Shown: in pieces, positions 53,501-64,000 of the stretch | How positions within the stretch are numbered: the stretch's first letter is position 1 | Layout of the letters: every line of letters begins with the position of its first letter | Assembly: GCA_051362555.1 (NCBI GenBank) | Contig: CM120641.1 | Span: 14,694,001 to 14,758,000, forward strand | Direction: 5' to 3' | From: Lingula anatina | Taxonomy: Eukaryota > Animalia > Brachiopoda | DNA length: 64,000 nt | Made by a program: the position numbers and the translations under genes | The notes under the pieces: model-generated | What the model was told of the DNA's origin: nothing | The model's database searches: none | What the model saw: the letters and a program-made list of their open reading frames with translations, nothing else

Positions 53501-56500
53501 AAATGATAATAGATATTGATATATGTACATTGTGAAAGATGTCACCTACCTGAAGTCTCATCCAAGAACAGGTCTCCATACATCTGCCAATATGGTATGT
53601 AGACAACATCTTTCAAAATAGACCAGTCTCGCTTGTGGTTTGGATATAAAAGTGCCTGCACAGCCACTCCATAGGCTAGCAGGAACACCAGGAGAATCAT
53701 CACAAAGAAAATCACATCTGTTATCTGAAACAAAAGTAGCTTTTATTTAAATCATGATAATACTTCATAGTTTCTTGTCTCTGTAGGATTATTTCATGTC
53801 TGCACACATTCTAAATTACCTTCCCCAGCACACCTTACCTAGTTGGCTACAAACACACTATAATAGTATTATGGTTTATTAGACTAATTCAGCAACAGAG
53901 ATGTAACTGACCATATATGTCAACAAAAATGTTAACTTTCAACTCACCATGCGTCTTATCATGATAACTTTAGGTCCCATATCTTTGTGGATCATGAAAC
54001 CCTGCAAGAATCTCACAAAGTGCAGGATCAAGGTGAGACAATAAGCACGTCTTGCATGTACAAAGTCTGCCTCAGTCAACGTAAACCTGAGGACCACTGA
54101 GATTATAAATAAGGTGTACATGATCAGGTCTAGTTTATTCCACACACTTTTCCACCAATCTGCCAATTTATACCACAGGGAACGTGAATCTTTGGTCAGG
54201 ACCTATTGACAAAGGTAAAGAAAGTTTCACCAAAGAAGAAATGTTTTGGTATGGACAGTATTAGGAAATTTAAGTAGGGTTTATTTAACTGTACACATGA
54301 AAAATATTTGGTAATGCTTGAAGTAAAATAAATGTGGACACAATTTTTATTAAATTTTTATTTTATACCCAGTCAAGTTTTAAAACTTTTATGAAACATT
54401 TAAGAATTATGCCACACTTATGTTCTGCTGTTACAATGTCAAAATGAGTAATAATAAATTTCAAATGGTACTTATTCAAAAGAACCTCTTGCTTCTGATC
54501 ACCTTACCTGCCTAACCTCTTCCAATATTGACGTGCCACTGAAGATCCAAACAAATATTTCCCAAATGTGCAAATTATCTGGTGTATTCATAGGATGCAA
54601 ATCTACCATCAGGAAGTAACTGAACATGCACAAAAACACTATGTACATAATCTGAAAGCAAAATTTAAATGTTTATGCATTGTTTACAAACATTATGATG
54701 CATACGTTCACTTTTCACTTTGGTTGATGACAAGAGTTCAAATAAATTTATAAAATAAACTTTTTTAGCATTATTTGATTACGTCCTTCTTTTACTTAAC
54801 AACAGTGCTCCTCAACAGCCATACTATCTTTAATATATATGGTAAAAAAATATGAACTCTTTCTACAAGTAATAAAATACTGTACAGTTTCACTTGAAAT
54901 TCAGGATGTATGAATAATCATTCTATTTTATATATGTAAATAAAACTGCACTTGCCTGCTGATATAAAAACTTTGTGATAGGCGCAGTGTGGAAATAGTA
55001 AAAGGCACGGAAAATGCTTATACTATCCTTGTCCAATCCACAACAGTTCACTTGGAAGTAAGAGTGCTTGGCTCCTTTTCGATTTTTCTCCCGTCTAGTT
55101 TTTGACCTGGTAAACTCCACTCCATCCCCATCTGGATCTGAATCTTCCTCCTCCTCATCTCCATTTTCTTTCTCTGCCTCAGGAGCAATTCGATTCACGG
55201 AGCCCAAGTCAATTCCTCTAACCTCAGAAAAGCTTTTCAATGGTTTAGATTTGATGCGAAATTTTATGAAGGGGATCACAAATGGGATGAACAAAGACGG
55301 GACAATCTGAAAGACAAAATAGTAATTGTTCTTCACACTTAATCTGATTACACAACTAAACCTGTCAAGTAATAAATGAACAATTGACAAACAAATATCT
55401 AAAAGCCTGGAATTATTAATCTATAACTACTTGATAGCTTTTCTGTTAGGTACCCAGTGGCACCATTCACCTTCCATATTGATGTGTGTTGCACCATCTT
55501 TCCCAGCCATATCATATTAAGTTTGGTCTGACAACAAGCTTGCTCCATGAAGTGCATCTGTCTGGCTGTGTCAGCTATCGTCATCACTGTATCATGGCCA
55601 AAGTGTGGCAACTGTCTGGTCACAAGACGATGGCCAAGGATCTTGTCCTTTGAATAGCACTCATTCAAAACGCCAACTGCTAGCTCCTCAAACTCCCTAA
55701 AATGTTTACATCTACTATGTCATTACTTAGTTATGAATTTGTCACTTTTTTACTATTTCTTCAGTACTAACAACAAGCAGCTAAGGAAAAACAGCATTTT
55801 AGCTCTGTTGGTCTTTTATTTAGCACAATTACATTCTGGAAGTTATATACAATATGTAACATCTATACATACACTCCATGATTTTTTAAATCCTCGGCTA
55901 AGTCCACCTCTTCATCTCCTGCTGCATCTTTTGACATGCGTTTCAAAATGGCACTGGCAAAGAGAGCAGCTCCTACAACATCCAGAACTTGTGATATAAG
56001 CAGCCAGTATGTGAAACTTGACACATGCATATGCAATTAATATTCTATACACACAGAGATGTCTTACATTCTGTCTTGTAATAACAACAACCAATATGTC
56101 TATCTCATTCAACTAAATGGTTTCCAGGAATACAACAAAATTAATGGAGAGAGCTGACATATGTGACAGTAAATCACTTAACATACAACATGTATTAATT
56201 CAACAGCAAACCTTTTTTCTTTTTTAAGACTTTTCTACACATATACAATAAACATTTATCTTTAGTGTATAAAAAATGTATACCTATATGGTCTTTCCCC
56301 ATTTTCCAGAACAACTTTGCTAGTTCCTTTCTATTCAGAAGTACTGCCCACAGCATCAGATGTTTTTCAGGTCTCTCAAATTCACATTTTTGTTCTTCTT
56401 TCAGTTTGGTCCTTTTTTTCTTCATCTTTGCCCCTGTTAGTTGTCAGTAAATTAAAGTACATCTTTCAATTCTATGTGGACATTTGGTGTACAGTTTACT

Positions 56501-59500
56501 TATGTTTACTTAACATTTCTCATACTAAACAATTTCTATTTAAATCATTTTTTGAACAGAACTTCTGATTGGTTTGCACATGAAACATGCTTTGCAGTGT
56601 TTTTTTTTTAAATTCCTTTTCCAGATCTAAGCCCCACACAAATTCATCTACATGATGAATACAAGAAAAGCAATGAATATACCTTTCTTGGGCACAAACA
56701 CACCTTTGTACATCTTAACAAAAATAAATAAATAAACTAACCTGGAGCACATTGTGATATTGTATTCACTCTCTCATCAACTTCATTCACTTCTGTATAT
56801 CTTTGATTTGTCATGTCCTCAGCAAGGCCTGCCTCAGCACTGGGTTGATTCTCACACATCCCAGGCTTCTGACTTGCATCTAACATCATAATAACAAGGA
56901 CATTATAACATACTGAATCGCCATTTATACACACTGTACATGAAACCCTCCTAACAAGTATGACTATCATATATCACAATTCAATTTCACATTTGGTCAA
57001 AATAAAAATATGAGATTGGTTCTACAGCTGACACTGACAGTTTTTTAAAACTTAGAAGCAAAGAAGTTTCTGCTACTCATCACTTGTAATAATAAATGGT
57101 TTAATCACATTATAGGGGTGTTAAATGCCAAATGAAAAATAATCATAAAAAAGTAACTTTAAATATATACAATTTTGTACTGTAGAATTTAAAAAAGGCA
57201 AATTTGCTACAATGGCATGTACTAAGTATGCACTTGGGTTTATATTTCTGTATGGTCCATTTTCTTGTATCATGGCTTACATAAATTGTCTTGCTGATCT
57301 TGTACACAGCGGTTAATCACACGCCCAATGTTATACAGCACAGAGTTTTGATCCAAGTCCCCGTGGTCCCCATCTCCACTCCTTAATCGGCTGGCAAAAG
57401 ATTGCTGAAAAAGAAGTACTTTTGGAATCAAAATGTTTCAGACACCCTCAAAACAAAGAATCAGCATAAACTTTAAAACATTTGTATTCCCTCAAAAGTA
57501 TTAAACTGTACTGTTAGTTTTCCATACCTGCAATTGTTGTACCTTCTCCTTCAAGTAAAAAGCTCCTGCACCAGAAAATCTGTCTTTCAGTACCTGTATG
57601 AAGCAAATAAAACTGTCAGTGTCAGCTGTAGAACCAATCTCATATTTTTATTTTGACCAAAATGTGAAATTGAATTGTGATACATAATTGTTTGGGGGGG
57701 GGGGGGGGGTTCTTGTACAGTGTTTATAAATGACTATTCAATTTGTTATTATGTCCTTGTCATTATGATGTTAGATGCAAGTCAGAAGCCTGGGATGTGT
57801 GAGAATCAACCCAGTGCTGAGGTTACACAGCAGTTGGTATGCACAAAACTGCCTATTATCTTGCATTATTTAACTGTCAAATGATGTGAGAAACTGATTT
57901 CCAATAACAAAATGGCAATTCATGAAACTGACTTTAAATTACTTGTATATTTAAAATTTGTACTTTAACAAACAAATACTCAGATTAGCCAAATTAATAC
58001 CTTCCGAAACATTTCACAGTTACTCATATTTTTCACTTGGCTTACTCAAGCATGACCTTTTCTGTGGACAGGCTAATTGCCTAAATATCTTCCAAAGCCA
58101 ATCCAAAATCAATTTCTTTTTAATAAATCCAGAAATACATCACCACATACATCATAGTATAATTCCTGAAGCTTGCTGGCTGTTAAAAACTTCTTGAGGT
58201 CCACACCCATGTCCAGGAATAAATGGACAAACTCCAGCCTGTCCTGGACCAGAGCAGTGTACATGGCAGGGTACAAATCCACTTTCTGAAATAGAGATGA
58301 AAAAAAAAAAGATATCTAAAATCAGTACCAGAATTATAACTCAATACAAAGCAAGGTATTAACAGTATACTGACTTTGTTTGCTTGTATATCCATGGTCT
58401 AATTCTACAAATTCTTCAAAAGGTTTTGATGACCAACAAGACCTTCTTCACCGAGACTTTGAAACCAGCTGTTAAAACCAAGTTTTAAAACATTTTGTTG
58501 CAGTGACCACAACTCACAGGTAATATTAAGCTAAGCAACCACTTCAAATGCCCATAGTCATCTCTTTTGGATGGAAAAGCGTCATCAAACTAGAGGATCA
58601 GAGAGGCGATACCGCCTCTGGATATTGTACCACCAGCTGGAGTAAGCGCATTCGTATGGACCCCCCCCCCCCCACAAAAAAAAAAAAAAAAAAAAATTGA
58701 ACAACACCACCAGTCTTGTGTTTGACAAGCTCTATAAAATGCAATAAACAAGAGTTCTCAAAATATGCAACAAGAAAAAAAAAATCGAAAAAACATAACA
58801 GTTAAAATGGTCCAATCAAGGAGATGTTCAAATTGACCTGTATTTTCCTAACACTGATCACTCCTGTGATTTTCAAGACAATAGGCCTATTGGTTTTCCT
58901 TGAAATGCATTATCAGTATTGCATATACCGGTATGCTGACAAAAGAGAAAACCTAGGGACAACACTGGGCAGATCTCTGCTAGTTTTGAAGATATGAAGG
59001 GCAAGAAAATATGCAGAGTTCAGTTTGTGGTAAAAAAGTAGGTCAAAGGTCAATTTCAAGGTCACAGCATATGACTTCCTGTATAAGTTCAATAGTAGCT
59101 ATGGGCATTTCTTTGCCAATGTTGGAGATATGAAGGCCAGGCAAAGTGCAGTTCATCATAAATAGTAGGTCAAAGGTCAATTTCAAGGTCACAGTAAGAT
59201 TGCCAGTATATGACTTCCTATTCAAGTTCAATAGTAACTTTGGACCTATCTCTGCCAGTTTTCGAGATATAAGGGATAGAAAATTTGCAAAGTTCAGTTC
59301 GTGTTGAAAAGTAGGTCAAAGGTCAATTTCAAGGTCACAATATTAAGGCCAGTATATGACTTCCTATTCAAGTTTAACAGTAACTATGGGTGTATCTCTG
59401 CCAGTTTTGGAGATATAAGGGCTGGGAAATTTGCAAAGTTCAGTTCATGGTGAAAAGTAGGTCAAAGGTCAATTTAAAGGTCACAGTTAGATTACTTGTA

Positions 59501-62290
59501 TATAACTTCCTATTCAAGTTCAATAGTAACTATGGGCGTATCTTTGCCAGTTTTGGAGATATAAAGATCAGAAAACTTCAAAGTGCAGTTCATCATGAAA
59601 AGTAGGTCAAAGGTCAATTTCAAGGTCACAATAAGAATGCCAGTATATGACTTCCTATTCAAGTTTAACAGTTACTATGGGTGTATCTCTGCCAGTTTTG
59701 GAGATATAAGGGCTGGGAAATTTGCAAAGTTCAGTTCATGGTGAAAAGTAGGTCAAAGGTCAATTTAAAGGTCACAGTTAGATTACTTGTATATAACTTC
59801 CTATTCAAGTTCAATAGTAACTATGGGCGTATCTTTGCCAGTTTTGGAGATATAAAGATCAGAAAACTTCAAAGTGCCGTTCATCATGAAAAGTAGGTCA
59901 AAGGTCAATTTCAAGGTCACAATAAGAATGCCAGTATATGACTTCCTATTCAAGTTTAACAGTTACTATGGGTGTATCTCTGCCAGTTTTGGAGATATAA
60001 GGGCTGGGAAATTTGCAAAGTTCAGTTCATGGTGAAAAGTAGGTCAAAGGTCAATTTAAAGGTCACAGTTAGATTACTTGTATATAACTTCCTATTCAAG
60101 TTCAATAGTAACTATGGGCATATCTCTGCTAATTTTGGAATATTTAACATTTTCCCCACTGAATATTGCAATGTTGTAATTTTTGATATAGCGCAATGCC
60201 TAAACCATATCGAAAACAAAAAAATGGACACCACCCCCAGTATTGCACTTGACAAGTTCTACAAAATGCGATGAACAAAAGGTCTCTGGAATTTACCATT
60301 CCAGAATAAAAGCAAGTTTTCAGTTTCGGTATCTAATGGCTGCTTCTCCCATGAAATTGCACCGATTGACCCATAACTCCCAAAGATGAAAGGAGTCCCC
60401 AATTGTAACCTCTCACTATAACAGGAGAGCTTAGATCTGTGTAGTTTCCAAAAAATAGCACAAACAAATATTTTTTGGCAGAAAATTCCCATTTTTAGAA
60501 AATTTTGGCTTGTTTGACCTTGAAAAAAAAGGTCAAAAGTCAAATCCAATGGCATATTTGGAATCTCCACATATGCCTTTCGGTCAGACTTCTGTAGTAA
60601 TTTTTCCCATAATTCCTTTGGATTATTTAGCCTTGAATTTTCAAAAATTTCGACAAGGGTGCGTTTCAACAAGTGTCATGCCCAGGCCAATGCACCGACA
60701 GAGACAAAAAAACCAGGGTGTTCAAGTTGAGATTATATGTGACCTAAATCCAAGAGATGGGGACACAGGTCCTGGCGGTCTAGGAGGAGAAGCGGTAACG
60801 GTGACTTGTTTCCGGCGCCCGCCTGCGGAGCGGAGCTGTACGAGACGGGTCGGGACTAAAACCACGAGTACCACCAGCGTATACGCTGGTGGTACTAATG
60901 ATATCAAACAATAGTGGCAAGAAGATATTTACCTGCCAATTCTCTCTGTTGTCCTGTGTGAAGATTTGCTGTCTTGCAACATCTGGCCTGTTCCAAGCCA
61001 GTGCCAAGTTAAGCTGGGTTCTTGCATCCGATTTGTTGGCTTATTATAAACAGCAAAATAACTATCTTACATTTCAATGGCAGCTTCTTTTCAAATCTAC
61101 AATCTATATTTCTTATAGATATGAACACCACAAGGTATTGAGAAATAACATTAAAATATGGATGGTATGGCCATCATTTGTGCCTAAACGGTGAGTTTAA
61201 TAAACCATCTGCTTTGTTTGCAGTATTCTTTTTACATAGTTTAAATAGTTAAAAAAGATTTTTCTCATTGCGTCTTCAGTTACATTTTTTTCTCCACTTA
61301 CCCTTCAAAAGAGCATACAGAATGGCTTTGTCCATATCACGGGCTGAAGTGGAGTCATTCAGACGGAATACTGTTAACTGTCAACAAAAGTACAAATCTT
61401 TAATATAACTTATTTATCATCACACACAGAAAGGTTCGATATTAACTGTTTTAAATTGTGTTATTAAAAAAAATAATTAAAACAATATTAATTTTTGCAT
61501 TATATTTTTCAAAAATGATGTTGTTTAAAACATTTCTTCAATTCAGAATTTCCACTATTGTACACAGAATTATCTAATATAAATGCTGGCCTGGTGAGTA
61601 TTAATTACAAACATACCAGTTTTCTGTGATCCAAGCAAATCTTCAAATTTTTTAAACATTTCTTGATAATTTTTTCCACTTCTTCTTGGTCCAAGCCATG
61701 TAAATCAAACAGGGATTTTGCTTCTTCTGCCATTTCATCCTCAAAATTGCTTGGGTACTGTGATTCTTCTTCTCTGCAATAAGAAGTCCCTAGCTGTGTA
61801 CATAACACTCAATGTGTTCCTAAATATTTGCCTTTATTGAAAACTAAGTTCTTTTTGATAAAAAAAGCCAAAAAAAAAAATTATAAAAAATTCAATACTC
61901 CAAGCTTAAATAAAAAACAATAAGTAAACAATAAATAAAATAAAATAAATATTTTACAGATGTACCAATTTTTTTCTAGTAGCGCTATATCATAAAAATG
62001 TGCTTACTTTCCCTTTTCCTTGCTTCTGGTCATCTTGTAGCCACAAATTAAGTAATCTGCTGCCCTTCCAGAACCCCCAATGATGACCACAGGGGTGTCC
62101 TGCTTGACCGCCTCTGCTACAGTCTGAAGTGTGTTGATCCCACCCTCCAGCACCAGTAAGATGATTGGGACAGGGACACCTGAACAGAATGACAGAGTAA
62201 TGTAGATACCTATCATTGATATTACCTCTAGTACTACTGGTAGATTGCCATTGTTATAATAAAAGTAAATGTCTGTTCTAATACACATGT

Positions 62291-62342
<52 letters not shown>

Positions 62343-63995
62343 ATCTTTACTTGTGTCTCTAATTATGGTAACTTTGATCTGTAATCATTTACAATCAAAA
62401 CCACATATCTACAACACTTGGTTGCCCAGCATGAAGGACAAATTCAGACAGAAAATACTGTCAAACTATGACACTAGTCTATACCTTAGTTTCAGTAAAA
62501 CAACTTGAAACATCGATATTGCCATCTGTTTTATAGGCTGTATACCAAAAGTAACAGCATTACTGTATTCACTACTCATGCAAATGAAAAAAATCACATA
62601 TACAAAGGAGACATGTTTAATAACTGCTGCATAAACATTGCTGAAATCCAATGCATAATTACTAGTAAAATGAAACAAACTAAAAGGCAATCACTTACTC
62701 TCTGTTATTGAAATGCCAGTCTCCACCTGTTCAGAGATGTACTGCTCCAACTTTGCTCGCAATTTGATTTCTGCTCCATACTTGTTTTCTGTGCCATTAT
62801 CCACAAAGATGTAATGTGTATGGTTTGGATCTAGGGCAGCTGTCCCAGCCCCACCATTTCGTAGGTCTTCACTTCTGTACAGTGCTGGGAAACATCCCAT
62901 ATTCTAGCAATTAAAAGGTGCATGAGACAGTAAATAACAGAAAATGAGCTTTAACTCAGAGTTACCTCAGACCTTTAAAGTTTAACAATATTAGCCATGT
63001 AAATGGCATTTCTTCTATACATATGACTTGAGATCTGTTTTAATTTTGTTATTCCAAAACCGTTTCAAAATATTGCAAATTTCCTATTAAAAATGTAAAT
63101 CCAATTAATGCATGTACCATAAGTCTTACTTAAGCAATGAAAAGAAACTTTTTCAACACTTCCAAACACCTCCAAATAACTGCTACCTTTTATGTTTGAT
63201 CAAAATATTTGCACTATGTTATTAAGTCCAGAAAAATTGTATAAATCTCCTGAAAATCTCTTCACTAAAATAAGCCTTTCCTGAAGTTCTTCTGTTGCAG
63301 TTCCTCACCTCCTCTCCAACCAAACTTTCCTTGTTGCTGATGATACCCCATGTAGCCACTCCCAGGGCAATAATCTTGCTACTCTCCACATCTGATGCAA
63401 ATGAATGGTCCCTGACCGCTTCACCCACAAGCTTCATCACACCAGTGTTTGTGCCACCAGATACAACCCACGCACCTGAAGACAGAGAATATGATACACT
63501 GTCAGCTCATGAAAGATTAGGATAAACTTAAAAAACATACAAACATTTTATGAATATTGCACTGCTTTTTTGTATTTTCTATATAGGGAAGAAGGGTCTT
63601 TCAATCATATCTAATGTCATTGTCCTAATAGCTACAAATACAGGCCAATTACAGCAGGTGAAACAAAGAGAAGAAAAACTGACATAGGTTATTAGTGATT
63701 ATCTGGTAAATGTCAGTCACTTGTAAGTGTCACATTACATAAAAATTTCCTAAACATGAAAAGAACAAGTTATAGTCTCCAAAATTAAGTTCATATAGGT
63801 CAGTCAAAATTCACCTGTTCCTGTTGCAGCATTTATCAAACCAGTCTTAAATGCATGCAGTAAACGAGGTCTGAGAAAGAACTTCTGTGCACCGCCTGTG
63901 ACAGTGATGATCAATCTTGGAGCTGGCAACTTCCAGTAATCATCGAGCAAATGCCAGAGAGTACTCAGTTCAGTGGTATGGTCTACTCTGATGTA
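50556..63995 (-). CDS. TRPM: TRPM cation channel, invertebrate TRPM2-like, no NUDT9-H domain; 5' exons lie beyond the window
   Basis: MHR1/2 peptides YIRVD..WKLPAPRLIITVTGGA, GAWVVSGGTNTGVMKLVGEAV, LDPNHTHYIFVDNG, VPIILLVLEGG, GGSGRAAD; LALAWNRPDVA; LWAVLLNRKELA. Transmembrane region WNKLD, MGPKVIMI, pore IPYWQMYGDLFLDE, S6 NVLLLNLLIAIF; TRP box VWRFYRFGLIYEYHDRPPLPPP; coiled coils; stop TAG at 50556-50558. Confidence 0.95.
50814..50960. mobile_element. Harbinger MITE with CTG TSD
   Basis: TIRs GGCCCCGTATCTCAAAAGCATCG / CGATGCTTTTGAGATACAGGGCC; CTG duplicated at 50811-50813 and 50961-50963. Confidence 0.8.
52599..52896. mobile_element. MITE with ~90-bp imperfect TIRs (CAACTACCAGA...TCTGGTAGTTG)
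   Basis: The arms pair (for example CGTTTTCAAGGTGTGCATCAGTA versus TACTGATGCACACCTTGAAAACG). No TSD is recognisable, so the superfamily is unassigned. Confidence 0.75.
56832..57822. repeat. Gene-derived inverted repeat in TRPM (arms 56832-57044 and 57609-57822)
   Basis: Arm B is the reverse complement of arm A. Both ends are near-perfect over ~55-70 bp and the middle is diverged. Confidence 0.92.
58589..60898 (-). mobile_element. Second non-autonomous Helentron/HINE-like element with a 145/146-bp satellite array (TRPM intron)
   Basis: Perfect 30-bp palindrome AGTACCACCAGCGTATACGCTGGTGGTACT (60867-60896) at one end. The other end has subTIR GTACCACCAGC (58627-58637), hairpin AGAGGCG-atac-CGCCTCT (58602-58619) and ACTAG. 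The tandem array spans ~58965-60140. Confidence 0.8.
62294..62338. repeat. (CT)n microsatellite
   Basis: Direct reading of the sequence. Confidence 0.95.
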
Positions 63996-64000
63996 CTGGA

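Noticed and set aside
56683-56716. Possible TRPM micro-exon (aag|ATGTACAAAG...AAGAAAG|gtatat)
   Set aside because: It is 31 nt and would shift the frame, and it lies only ~25 nt from the upstream donor.
59390-60274. Three repeated 71-100 aa ORFs as a tandem gene family or CRISPR-like array
   Set aside because: They are translations of the 291-bp satellite unit inside a Helentron-like element. There are no unique spacers and no cas genes, and the context is eukaryotic.
60259-60914. 137-aa and 134-aa ORFs as a transposase or Rep-helicase
   Set aside because: No HUH, helicase or DDE motifs are visible; they lie in the non-coding body of a non-autonomous element.
1-64000. tRNA, rRNA, snoRNA genes or U12-type introns
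   Set aside because: None was recognisable by eye in the junctions and introns I examined. tRNAscan-SE, Infernal and intronIC would be needed to exclude them.

Overview
AT-rich, intron-rich animal genomic DNA (an invertebrate, plausibly lophotrochozoan/mollusc; this taxonomic placement is inference). Six spliced protein-coding genes can be reconstructed by hand: a klarsicht/nesprin-like KASH protein (+), PDCD2 (+), the spliceosomal helicase Aquarius/AQR (-), a head-to-head pair of paralogous BTB + C2H2 zinc-finger genes (-/+), and a TRPM2-like channel (-) that is 5'-truncated by the window and lacks a NUDT9-H tail. Introns and intergenic DNA hold many non-autonomous DNA transposons: two Helentron/HINE-like elements with internal satellite arrays, Harbinger, Kolobok, MULE and EnSpm-like MITEs, and an AcademH-like element carrying a RecQ-type helicase fragment. 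The most unusual observations are: (1) a diverged copy of the AQR promoter, first exon and part of intron 1 sits between the two BTB-ZF paralogs, suggesting duplication, inversion and promoter capture; (2) the paralogs show patchy gene conversion but divergent zinc-finger recognition helices; (3) a TRPM intron carries a ~214-bp antisense copy of a downstream symmetric exon's acceptor and first 48 nt, which could form a pre-mRNA stem. All exon boundaries were read by eye and need RNA-seq confirmation.
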